64,000 bases of DNA. Source: a virus (lineage: Duplodnaviria; Caudoviricetes). The notes beneath the pieces were generated by a model. That model had not been told where the DNA came from. It ran no database searches and saw nothing but the letters and a program-made list of their open reading frames with translations. Shown piece after piece: positions 29,086 to 38,465 of the stretch; position 1 is the stretch's first letter; every line of letters begins with the position of its first letter. Position numbers and translations under genes: made by a program. The DNA is taken from positions 4,455 to 68,454 of the IMG/VR virus record IMGVR_UViG_2897113856_000001; one strand, 5' to 3'.

Positions 29086-29304
29086 ATGATCGTTAAATTA
29101 AAGATAGCCGAGCTACTTGATCGGAAGAATATGACGCAGAAGGAACTCGCAGAATTAACCGGAATAAGGCCGTCTGCCATCAGCGAACTGTGTCGCGGGA
29201 TTAAGGAACGGGTGCAGCTCGACCATCTCAGCCGGATTGCGACCGCGTTGAATATATCGGATATACGGGAGCTTATCGACCTGGACGAAGACGCTGACGA
29301 ATGA
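29086..29304 (+). CDS. XRE HTH regulator
   Basis: QKELAELTGIRPSAISEL. Confidence 0.85.
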   Translation: MIVKLKIAELLDRKNMTQKELAELTGIRPSAISELCRGIKERVQLDHLSRIATALNISDIRELIDLDEDADE

Positions 29305-29434
29305 TTGGCGTCTATTTCTTCGTGTTGGCAACGTATATTTATACGTTTATATGAATAATGATACGATAGATATGACGGTGATTGGTCGGGTGATTATCGG
29401 CATATTCTCAATTAGAATAACATAATTGATAATG

Positions 29435-29700
29435 AACACGATCTTATTCGTACAAATCGGCCAAAAACACGACTTTATTCGTACATGCGAAAATGGGGTT
29501 CGCGCTTACAGCCGCAAGGGATACAGCGATTTTTAGTGCGTAATCACTTCTTAGTCTTCTGAATCCGAAGACTAGCGGGAACTACGTTTCACTCCGTCCC
29601 GCAGAAACGCAATCATGTATATTGTATAAATAATTGTATCGCGATAAGGTCTTAATAATATCCGCGGACACGGAGGAGCGTAAGCGACGGAGTGGGCGCT
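29435..29700. other. Non-coding region with iteron-like repeats and hairpins (candidate origin)
   Basis: AACACGA(TC/CT)TTATTCGTACA at 29435 and 29466; several stems. Confidence 0.4.
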
Positions 29701-30187
29701 AGGTTTTAAAACATACGAAAGGATAGCGTTAATATAACGATAATATAGTGACTTTCATATCCGTAGTTATCTATGTCTTATGAGGACGTGTAACATACGT
29801 TTCATACCGTTGTGCTATACGATAAGAGGCACCGGTCAGCTACGGCAGGCACACCGCATATACGCACCGCCTGTTGCATACGGCATGGGCTACGCTATAC
29901 ATATAGGAAGGTAAACGGTGAGGAGCAGGCGAGGGAGACAACGGATTGACACCCGAACATCAGCGAGGCCGTACCGGAGGATAAGCCCTCCCGAAACTCA
30001 CGGGGTCGGCCGACCAGCACCACCGACATACTGCCGATATGCAGTATCTTATACATACCGGTCCGCACCACGCATCTAAACCATCGTTGATCTGACGCTG
30101 ATTCTCGAATGCATAAAGATAGTTCGATTGATTGCGAAGGATAACATACGATAGACATAGTCATGTCAACGTTTCGTTCGATTGTTC

Positions 30188-30216
30188 AATGTAACAAAAA
30201 GTGTTTGTGTTACATT
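30188..30216. promoter_or_regulatory. Candidate tyrosine-recombinase site A
   Basis: AATGTAACA-N11-TGTTACATT perfect inverted repeat. Confidence 0.55.
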
Positions 30217-30365
30217 CGATATGCAAAACGATGAATGTTTTATTCAACGGAATTTTTCGCTTGCGCCCGCCCCCAGGCCACCCCGAACAACCCCGGACGA
30301 CTGCTGTTCAGAACTTGCGCACAATTTTTCGAACTCGGGGCGTAACTCAAACGGAGGTGATTACG

Positions 30366-30560
30366 ATGTTCATTCCGACTCATGCACTATCGGAAGGTGA
30401 CAAGGATCTATTGCGGAAGTTGGTCGCAGAACTACTCGAACAAGGCGAAGCGATAGCGGTTGGAACGGACGACGACGGTCTTGAGATGAGTTTAAGTTTT
30501 CGGAGCCAGCATCCGATTGTTAAGTTCGTCGAACATATATCCCGGGATGATCGCGAATGA
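30366..30560 (+). CDS. Small hypothetical protein
   Basis: GGAGGTG SD before ATG 30366. Confidence 0.55.
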   Translation: MFIPTHALSEGDKDLLRKLVAELLEQGEAIAVGTDDDGLEMSLSFRSQHPIVKFVEHISRDDRE

Positions 30561-30703
30561 ACTACGAAGAAGAACTCCGGAATTCAAACGGAACCGCCTC
30601 AGCGTTAGCAGACGAGATACACCCGTTTAGGAAATCGTTTTTATTAGCGGCAGCAACGATTGACTCCGTTTTAATTGCGGTAGGCAAGTGGATTGACGAA
30701 TAA
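30557..30703 (+). CDS. Small hypothetical protein (48 aa)
   Basis: ATGA overlap with upstream gene. Confidence 0.4.
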   Translation: MNYEEELRNSNGTASALADEIHPFRKSFLLAAATIDSVLIAVGKWIDE

Positions 30704-30726
30704 ATTAACGCAAAGGAGGCGGAATC

Positions 30727-30999
30727 ATGGCGGTACAATGCGGCGAGTGTCTAAAAGATTTCGAAGTTCAGCCGAAGGAACGTCCGCTGAATAATTCCGG
30801 TGTAGAAGAAACGTATTTCGAATGCCCGCACTGTTCGAAACACTATACGGTAATCATAACGGACCGTGAGACGCGGAAATTAATTCGCAAGGTCAAGCGG
30901 CTACGTCAAACGGATGATTCCGTGAAAGAAGCGGACGAGGTTCAGCGGCAGATAACAGCGAAGGTTAGCGCGCTTACAGAGGAGTACCGAAGGGCATAA
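30727..30999 (+). CDS. Zn-ribbon protein
   Basis: CGEC...CPHC; AAAGGAGG SD. Confidence 0.75.
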   Translation: MAVQCGECLKDFEVQPKERPLNNSGVEETYFECPHCSKHYTVIITDRETRKLIRKVKRLRQTDDSVKEADEVQRQITAKVSALTEEYRRA

Positions 31000-31018
31000 C
31001 GATTTTCACGCGCAAATC

Positions 31019-31091
31019 ACACGAAATTAGACGTCTTAGCCTCCGACGAGGGTATTCGGTAGGGTGACGGTTAGAAGCGCTAATTTCGTGT
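31019..31091. repeat. Intergenic imperfect hairpin element, copy 2
   Basis: 12-bp perfect IR ACACGAAATTAG/CTAATTTCGTGT, GGGTAT core. Confidence 0.65.
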
Positions 31092-31115
31092 AAATTCGAA
31101 GGGAGGGACGTAAGG

Positions 31116-31403
31116 GTGGCGAAATACCGTAAAAAGCCGGTCGTGATTGAGGCGTTTAAATATGGCGCACCATGGCCGGCTTGGTTCCACGACAAAGTAA
31201 CGAGTAATGACGTTATTACACATGCGGCGTATGAAAGCGGGAGCCCGTTTGAACCTAACGAAGGACTTTGGTGCGAAATTAAAACGCTAGAAGGCGTTAT
31301 GATCGCTAAAGAAGGCGACTATATTATTCGCGGAGTAGAAGGCGAGCTGTACCCGTGTAAATCGGATATTTTCGAAAAGACTTACGAAAGAGTTGACGAA
31401 TAA
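31116..31403 (+). CDS. Conserved phage protein (KKPVVIEA/GDYII family)
   Basis: YRKKPVVIEA..IKTLEG..GDYIIRGVEGELYPCK..FEKTY. Confidence 0.85.
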   Translation: MAKYRKKPVVIEAFKYGAPWPAWFHDKVTSNDVITHAAYESGSPFEPNEGLWCEIKTLEGVMIAKEGDYIIRGVEGELYPCKSDIFEKTYERVDE

Positions 31404-31515
31404 AACACAATCAGAACGAGGGCGCTCCGAATAAGGGTCGCTCTTTTTGTGCTTGCGTTGCCTACGGGCCTTCCGGTGCGCAGGCGATAAAGAAACGAAA
31501 AAGGAGACGATGTGA

Positions 31516-31740
31516 ATGGCGGAATCAAAGCGCGAATCAATCGGCAAAATTAAGATCGACTTGGATGTATCCGACGCGATAACCGGACTCAAGGCGGTTC
31601 AACGCGAAGCAAAGGCGGCGACTAAGGCGCTGGCCGAATTTCAGGACCTAGCGGAACGGCTTGGTGAGAAACCGTTAGCTGACGGTTGGGAGACTGCTAG
31701 AGTATTGCGAGAAGTATTTAAAAAAGCACCGAAGTCTTAA
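31516..31740 (+). CDS. Hypothetical phage protein
   Basis: AAAGGAG SD. Confidence 0.6.
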   Translation: MAESKRESIGKIKIDLDVSDAITGLKAVQREAKAATKALAEFQDLAERLGEKPLADGWETARVLREVFKKAPKS

Positions 31741-32282
31741 ACCTCGATGCTTTCGTAAGCTTCCGAAATTTCTTCCGCAGTAATCCCGATATACTTGGCC
31801 GTATCGCGCTCGCTCGAATGGTTAAGAATCACCATGATTCGCGAAAGTGGCACGCCGGACTGATAAAGCCGGTATCCGAAAGTCTTGCGCAGCGTATGCG
31901 TACCGATGCCGCCGATCTTATCGTAAATGCCGGCTCGCTTAGCTGCGTCGCTTAGAATGCGGTAAGCCTGGACGCGGCTGATCGGCTCGCCTCCTTTACG
32001 GCTGGCAAATACGTAATCATCGTCATCACCTTCGAGCTGAGAAACGATTTTGAGTACGGAAGAGCTGAACGTAATCACACGCTTTTTCTTGCGTTTCTTC
32101 TCCCATAAGGTAATCGACTTCTGGCTGCGAAGTTGTCCGATTTTAAGAAGCCGCAAGTCGCTGATGCGTAGGCCGAATGCCGTGCCTAACTGCGCTAGCC
32201 ATTGATCGCGCCCCGGCTTGAGCGCCTTTATGAACTTATTATAATCGCGTTTTGACTTTATCGGAAAAACTTCGTTTGCCAT
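31737..32282 (-). CDS. Small tyrosine recombinase (catalytic domain only)
   Basis: GLRISD, HTLRKTF, LNHSS, KYIG (R-H-R-H-Y); 181 aa. Confidence 0.9.
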   Translation of the reverse strand: MANEVFPIKSKRDYNKFIKALKPGRDQWLAQLGTAFGLRISDLRLLKIGQLRSQKSITLWEKKRKKKRVITFSSSVLKIVSQLEGDDDDYVFASRKGGEPISRVQAYRILSDAAKRAGIYDKIGGIGTHTLRKTFGYRLYQSGVPLSRIMVILNHSSERDTAKYIGITAEEISEAYESIEV

Positions 32283-32295
32283 GTCGATTCACCTC

Positions 32296-32355
32296 TACGT
32301 AACTTATAAATATTTTTGTTACATTCATATTAACGAAAAAGATAACGAAAGTCAA
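32296..32355 (-). promoter_or_regulatory. Recombinase promoter plus site B
   Basis: Minus-strand TTGACT-17-TAATAT (32355-32327); TTTTTGTTACATT (32313-32325) matches site A arm. Confidence 0.55.
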
Positions 32356-32386
32356 CACGAAATTAAAACGAAAGGAGGCCACCAGT

Positions 32387-34140
32387 TTGGCATACGTTGA
32401 CGGAAAATGGCTTGACCGCGAAGAAAGACAGGAACGGATCGATTTAATGACCGAGCGTGTCCGTAAATTGGTGGCGCTCATTAAGGCCGGGAAAGCTACG
32501 GAATATCACATTGACACCTTTCGGAAAGATAAAGCGGAATTGACGAAGCTGAAGCGGGTACACAAGGCCGAAGTCGATGTCGCGTATTTCACATACGAGT
32601 ACTTGAGCGACGGTTCGAATCCGGATAATGAGGACAACGTTGTTCGAAATGCGGATGACGGAACGCCACATGACGGAATCGAGAATATCGCGAAGATCCA
32701 TGAAGAGTTTTTCGATCTTTGTAACTATGTAAATAACGAAAAAAGGAACGCTAGACTTGCGATTGCGGCGGCACGGGGACATTCGAAGTCCGGTATGTTT
32801 TCGAATGCCCTTCCGTTACATCAAGCGGCCTTTCGAAAGCGCAAGTATATCCTGATTATTTCCGAAACCGACTCACTTTCGAAAAAACTTATCGGATGGG
32901 TCAACAAACAGATGAAATACAATCAGAAGTTGCGCGAAGACTTCGGTCCGATGATGCACGAATCCGCAAGTCGTAACGAAAAAGATAACGAAGAAGCATT
33001 CATCACAACAACGAATATCCTGATTGAATCGTCTTCGTCCGGGAAGCAGCTCCGGGGGAAACGGCACGGAGCCGTCCGTCCCGATCTCGTTATCATCGAC
33101 GATCCTTCGTCAAGTAACAACGAAGGCACGAAGGAAGCTCGCGAAAAGCTCGTTCACTGGTTTAACTCCGTTGTCGTACCGATCGGATCTAAAGCAACAG
33201 CAATCATACTTGTCGGAACGATGGTTTCGGCGACAGGTCTATTAAACCACGTTCTGAAGCGGAAGGATTTTAAATCGAGTTTTCATGGCGCCATCATCAG
33301 TGAGCCGTCGAATCCGCAGCTTTGGGAAAAGTATTGTGAGATTTATGCGCGTTCCGAGTCGATGGAGGAAGTCGATGAGTTTTACGAGCGAAACAAAGAG
33401 GTGTTGGAGGAAGGCGTAGAACTTGCGTGGCCTTGGCGATGGACTTACCGAGAGCTCATGCACGAAAAAGTGAACATGGGAACGCGAGCCTACAATTCGG
33501 AGTTCCGAAACCTTGCGTTCAGTGAAGATGAACAATTTTTCTTCCCGGAAAACTACGCTTACTATCATTACTACCATGAAAACGGCGTTGCTTATGTCGT
33601 TTATAACGAATTGAAAATACCGATCAGGGATCTCACGATCAGCGGCGCCTGGGATATTGCACAAGGAAAGAATGCGCGGTCTTGCTACAACTCGGTTATT
33701 ACGCTAGGGAAACATGAGCCGACCGGCTATATTTTCGTACTTGACGAATATGCGTCGAAAGAGCCGGCGCACGTTTATATTGACATCATCGTTAAAAAGA
33801 TCAAGCAGTACCGTCACCGGATATTTAACGTTGAAACGATCAACGCTCAGCACGAGTTTTACCGGCAATTGCAAGAAGCGGTTAGAAAAGAGGGGCTTTA
33901 TACGTGCCGCGTCAACGATGTTAAGTCGCACAGGTCATCGAAAGACGAGCGCATTCAGTCATTGGAGCCGATGCTTCACAATAAAACGCTTATTCTTAAC
34001 GACCGTCACACGATGCTCCTCGATCAGATGGCGCAATACCCATTCGGGATTATGTGGATTCACTTGATGCGTTACAGCAAGCTATCGAAGGAGTTTTCCG
34101 ACCTAAAACTAGGCTTGTAGCAAAACCGAATTGGATTTAA
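32387..34140 (+). pseudogene. terL: Terminase large subunit with apparent 1-bp frameshift near 34046-34048
   Basis: AARGHSKS Walker A, IIDD Walker B, AWDIA; -1 frame gives DYVDSLDALQQ..NWI* ending just before the next SD. Confidence 0.8.
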
Positions 34141-34155
34141 AGGGGAGGCGAAATA

Positions 34156-34584
34156 ATGTCACGATTGAAAGAATTAGAGGCAAAATTAACGTTACAACAA
34201 CGAAAGGCCGCGCTTTTGCTCGTGGAAAACGAGTTGATGGCCGAAGCAAGGAAGACGCAGGAGGAGCTCGCCAAGGAAATCGGAGCCGACCGCGTTACGG
34301 TTTACCGATGGCGGACGCAGAATAAAGCATTCATCGAATATATGAATCTACTCGCGGACGATATGCTGTCCGGACACCGATCCGAAGTGTATGCGCAACT
34401 TATTTCACTCATTCGAAGCAAACAACCGTCTGTTAAAGCGATCGACTTGTTCTTCAGACGTTTCGGCTTGCTTACTGATCGTCAGGTAACGGCAACAGAA
34501 AACGAAAGCGGGACGGCCAGCAACGAAGATATCGCGAAAGAAATCGAAGATATTGACGAATTGCTTAACGATGGGAACGAGTAG
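34156..34584 (+). CDS. terS: Terminase small subunit (phBC6A51-like HTH)
   Basis: TQEELAKEIGADRVTVYRWR..PSVKAIDLF. Confidence 0.7.
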   Translation: MSRLKELEAKLTLQQRKAALLLVENELMAEARKTQEELAKEIGADRVTVYRWRTQNKAFIEYMNLLADDMLSGHRSEVYAQLISLIRSKQPSVKAIDLFFRRFGLLTDRQVTATENESGTASNEDIAKEIEDIDELLNDGNE

Positions 34585-34586
34585 CT

Positions 34587-36194
34587 ATGAATTTATTTAA
34601 CCGTAAACACGACGACGCAGACGAATTCACATATGTAAAAACCTACGGAATTATCCGTAAGGGTGCTCAATTTCCACCGCAAGATTCAATCGAAAGACTC
34701 GCGAAATATAAACGGGCTAAAAAATGGTTCGACGGAAAGCAGCGAGACGTATACGAAAGGGCAACGGCTATTTTAAAAGATTCGCCATTCTCGTCGCAGC
34801 TCGAAAAACTCTATATCGCGATCAACCTGGCGGATATCCTCGTTACCAAGCCTGCGGATCTACTTGTCGGAGAGCCGGTCCGTTTTGAGAGCGGAAAAGC
34901 CGACGACAGCGAAGAGCAGAGGGCGCTAAACAGGTACGTTGAGGAGAATGACGTTAATCAATTGATTCACGAAAGTGCTACGGCGAATGGTTATCGCGGC
35001 GACGCGTGGTTTAAAGTTCGCTATGGCTACCGTCAGGATTATTCGGAGCTTAAAAAGATGGGACTAATCGAGGGAGATGCGCCCGAAGGTGTCGAAATGG
35101 AACCGATTATTGAGCATGTTAACGCAAGTTGGGTTTTTCCGGAGACGTCCGCCGGCAATGTTAAGCAAACGAAGGCGATCAATATTGCGCAAGTCGAGTG
35201 GGTTGAAACCGAGAAAACGGAGATACCATTTCTGAACGTTGAGCGTCACATACCGGGTTATATTATGTATTCGCGACATCGCCTACATGGCAACGGCGTT
35301 GATACTTCGACAGGGACGCCGGTCCAATTGTTTACCATCGGAGAACAAGTTCCGACAGGTCGAGAGGAAGACGTAGAAGTAACGAATCTGCCGCATATTC
35401 CGGTTTTCCACATTCCGTATAAATCGGTAGATGACTCGTACTTCGGAATCGGACTCATCGAAAAGCTCGAAACTGTGTTAGCTGCGATCAATGATCGACT
35501 TGTTCAGATCGACTATATTCTCTGGAAGCACAGCGATCCTACTGCATATGGTCCAGACCTGGAAACGACCAATGGAGCTGTACAGTTTGGCGGAAAGTAC
35601 ATTCCTGTTAACAAAGACGATCCGACTCCGGGATATATGGTGTGGCAAGCGCAACTAGATGCGGCTTTTAAAGAATTAGATGTCCTTTTCAGTAACGTCT
35701 TTCAGATGGCAGAGACGCCGCAATGGCTTTTCGGAACGACGGTGTCCGGAGACAATTCGGGCGGCACCGGGACGTCCCATACGGACGGAGTAGCAATTAG
35801 AGCGAGATTTATGCCAATCCTTTCGAAAGTGAAACGGATCCGGGCGCACTATGATAAGGCGATTCGGGACGCGCTATGGACGTGTATGCTCTTCGAAAAA
35901 GAATTCGGAGACTTATCCGTATCTGATCCGGTATATCCCAAAGCGATATGGAACGACGGGATTCCGCGTAACGAGAAAGAAGCGGCAGAGATTGCGAGTA
36001 TTAGAACCGGCGGCAAACCTACGCTTGACGTTCGATCTGCTATTAAAGAGCTTGACGAAGTAGATGACGATAAAGCCGAAGAGACTATACGAAGAATTGA
36101 AGAAGATGAAAAAAGCGTCAGTGGCTTTGTTGATGGATCGGTATTTAACGAGGCCGAAGTAAAAGAAGAGGTCGTCGAAGAGGATGACGAGTAA
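34587..36194 (+). CDS. Portal protein (SPP1-like)
   Basis: Size, position, acidic tail, WNDGIPRNEKE. Confidence 0.85.
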   Translation: MNLFNRKHDDADEFTYVKTYGIIRKGAQFPPQDSIERLAKYKRAKKWFDGKQRDVYERATAILKDSPFSSQLEKLYIAINLADILVTKPADLLVGEPVRFESGKADDSEEQRALNRYVEENDVNQLIHESATANGYRGDAWFKVRYGYRQDYSELKKMGLIEGDAPEGVEMEPIIEHVNASWVFPETSAGNVKQTKAINIAQVEWVETEKTEIPFLNVERHIPGYIMYSRHRLHGNGVDTSTGTPVQLFTIGEQVPTGREEDVEVTNLPHIPVFHIPYKSVDDSYFGIGLIEKLETVLAAINDRLVQIDYILWKHSDPTAYGPDLETTNGAVQFGGKYIPVNKDDPTPGYMVWQAQLDAAFKELDVLFSNVFQMAETPQWLFGTTVSGDNSGGTGTSHTDGVAIRARFMPILSKVKRIRAHYDKAIRDALWTCMLFEKEFGDLSVSDPVYPKAIWNDGIPRNEKEAAEIASIRTGGKPTLDVRSAIKELDEVDDDKAEETIRRIEEDEKSVSGFVDGSVFNEAEVKEEVVEEDDE

Positions 36195-37012
36195 TGCGAG
36201 TTCCGGAGCCAAAGTATAGCTATCAAACCGATCAACTCGCAATGTATTACAAAGACGCCGTCCAGGATATCCTAGCCGAATTGGACCGAGTTGATATCGA
36301 CAATTTCCGCCGGGCAAACGCCAACGCGACACTGGCCTCTATTTCGGAAATCCTTTCGGAATTAGACAATAAGTCGAAAGCGTGGGTCGAAAAGAACATT
36401 CCGAAGGCGGCTACAGATGGCGTAATAAACGCGATAGTATCTCTTGGCGTTGCCGAAACGATTGAAAAAGCGGCTCAGATCGCTTCCTTTTCACGCTTGA
36501 ACAAAGAAATGGTTGCGGCTGCGGTTGCCGATACCCAGGCCGACCTATTAGCGGTCACGCAGAATATCGACCGGAAGACGAAAGCGGCTGTCCGGAAAGC
36601 TGTCTCCGATTCTATGCGTTATCACATGACACGAGGTGCAAATGGACGACGTACTATTGCGTCCGACATTCGAAATACACTTCAGCAGTCAGTGAAAACC
36701 GGAATAATCGACGGAGCGGGCAGGCGGTGGCGGCCGGAAGTTTATGCGGACATGGCGACGCGTACAAAAATGATGGAGACATATCGGGAAGCAACGACAA
36801 ATGAGGCGCTTAGAAGGAACGTGTATTATGCGAAGATCTCTTCACACGGAGCGAAGGACGCATGTCGTTTCTACGAAGGAAGGATCATGAAATTGACGGA
36901 AGACGCGCCCGGTAGTTATCCGACCTACGACCAGTTGAAGGCGTCTGGTGAGATTTTTCATCCGAATTGTAAACACGTATATTCACCGATCAGAAATCCA
37001 GAGGGGGCTTAA
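36194..37012 (+). CDS. Minor capsid/head morphogenesis protein
   Basis: DGAGRRW..YADMATRT, HPNCKH. Confidence 0.85.
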   Translation: MRVPEPKYSYQTDQLAMYYKDAVQDILAELDRVDIDNFRRANANATLASISEILSELDNKSKAWVEKNIPKAATDGVINAIVSLGVAETIEKAAQIASFSRLNKEMVAAAVADTQADLLAVTQNIDRKTKAAVRKAVSDSMRYHMTRGANGRRTIASDIRNTLQQSVKTGIIDGAGRRWRPEVYADMATRTKMMETYREATTNEALRRNVYYAKISSHGAKDACRFYEGRIMKLTEDAPGSYPTYDQLKASGEIFHPNCKHVYSPIRNPEGA

Positions 37013-37014
37013 TT

Positions 37015-37569
37015 TTGAACGTAAATAATAAGATGCGCGTTGGGATATCAAATGATTCACGCGGCATTAGCAAAGTTGTTGACGAATCACTTGACGGCAC
37101 AAAGGCGATCCCGGTCGTGTTCGTTCAGAAGACTGCGGAGGGTAGTTTCTCATACGGAACAGCTCCGGAGGAAGGTACTGCGCTAGATAACGAAATGAGT
37201 TATCCAGTCGAAACTGATCCGGCCGGGTCTGCCGAAGTTGTTGACGAAGACGTCGACGGATTGAAGGCCGTACCAATCGTTCCTGTTACGAAGAACGCTG
37301 AAGGTAAATTCGTTTATGCGAGTATCGGAGGCGGTGATAAAGCTGTTGATTGGTCGGAAATTCAGAACAAGCCGGAAAATTTCCCACCTTCGTCACATAC
37401 GCATCCAATTTCGCAAATTACCAACTTGCAAACAACGCTCAATTCGAAGCTGACTGCGAAACAGGCGGCTGCACAAGCGGATAGTACCGCAGAGGATATC
37501 GCAGGCTTAGTCGCGGATTTTAATGCGCTGCTTTCTGCTCTTCGCGCTGCAAAAATAATGGCGGAATAA
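37015..37569 (+). CDS. Head fibre/decoration protein
   Basis: C-terminal AAAQADSTA..LVADFNALLSALRAA; WSEIQNKP..HTH; internal duplication. Confidence 0.7.
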   Translation: MNVNNKMRVGISNDSRGISKVVDESLDGTKAIPVVFVQKTAEGSFSYGTAPEEGTALDNEMSYPVETDPAGSAEVVDEDVDGLKAVPIVPVTKNAEGKFVYASIGGGDKAVDWSEIQNKPENFPPSSHTHPISQITNLQTTLNSKLTAKQAAAQADSTAEDIAGLVADFNALLSALRAAKIMAE

Positions 37570-37683
37570 CAGTGGACGTCGAATACGGCGTCTTTTATTT
37601 TGTCCAAATTCGGTTATGACATTAAACTATCCGATAAATTCGTCGCGTTGGACGTTAAAAACGTAATAGGAGGAAACAAGGTT

Positions 37684-38415
37684 ATGGAACTATCAAAATC
37701 TTTATTGTCGTTAGATTTACAGCATTTTGCGGAAGAAACTAAAGACCAGGCGGAACCACCGGCTGCGGAGCCGAAAAACACCGATACACCAGAACCGCCA
37801 AAAGACGAAGTAAAAACAATTCCTTACGACAGATTCAAGCAGGTTAACGACGATTTAAAAGCCTTTAAGTCTACCTTTGAAGAGCTAGGCATCGACGGAG
37901 TTGATTCACTTAAAACACTCGTCGAAGACTACAATGCAAAGAAAACTGCCGAAGAGGAACGTAAGCGTAGCGAAATGACGGAGCTCGAACGACTTCAAAA
38001 CGATTTGAAAGCGAAAGAAGAGGCTGAGAAAACTCTCGCTCAGCAACTCGAAGAAGAGAAGAAAGCCCGTGAACGCGAGAAAATCCGCAATGAATTTATT
38101 AAGGTTGCTACGAGCAATGATATCGCCTACATTGACGACGCCATTGCGTTGGCCGACCTGTCCGCGGTAAAGGTTGAAGACGGAAAGGTTGTCGGAGTGG
38201 AGGACGTTGTCAAAACGCTCGTTGACAATAAACCGTTCTTGGTCAAGAAGAAGGCGCCAAAGCCTATCGGGCAGAGCTCGAACGGAGACGCCGCAGGATC
38301 TTCCGAAAAGACAGCGGAACAACTATTGAAAGAAGCCGCAGAAAGAGCGAAGCATAGCGGCCGGCCTGAAGACAAAGTGGCCTACGCAAAATTGAAAAGA
38401 GAATTATCGAAGTAA
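37684..38415 (+). CDS. Capsid scaffolding protein
   Basis: N-terminal LDLQHFAE, coiled coil, precedes MCP. Confidence 0.85.
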   Translation: MELSKSLLSLDLQHFAEETKDQAEPPAAEPKNTDTPEPPKDEVKTIPYDRFKQVNDDLKAFKSTFEELGIDGVDSLKTLVEDYNAKKTAEEERKRSEMTELERLQNDLKAKEEAEKTLAQQLEEEKKAREREKIRNEFIKVATSNDIAYIDDAIALADLSAVKVEDGKVVGVEDVVKTLVDNKPFLVKKKAPKPIGQSSNGDAAGSSEKTAEQLLKEAAERAKHSGRPEDKVAYAKLKRELSK

Positions 38416-38465
38416 ACAGCGCCTTAACGGGCGCTTTTTAATGCGAAAATTGAGGGGGAAATCGA

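Noticed and set aside
29895-30400. ORFs 29895-30164, 30182-30400 and the 5' extension of 30201
   Set aside because: No SD or protein-like features; they overlap regulatory repeats
31737-32282. Recombinase as the prophage integrase
   Set aside because: Only 181 aa, no arm-binding region, 25 kb from the att end
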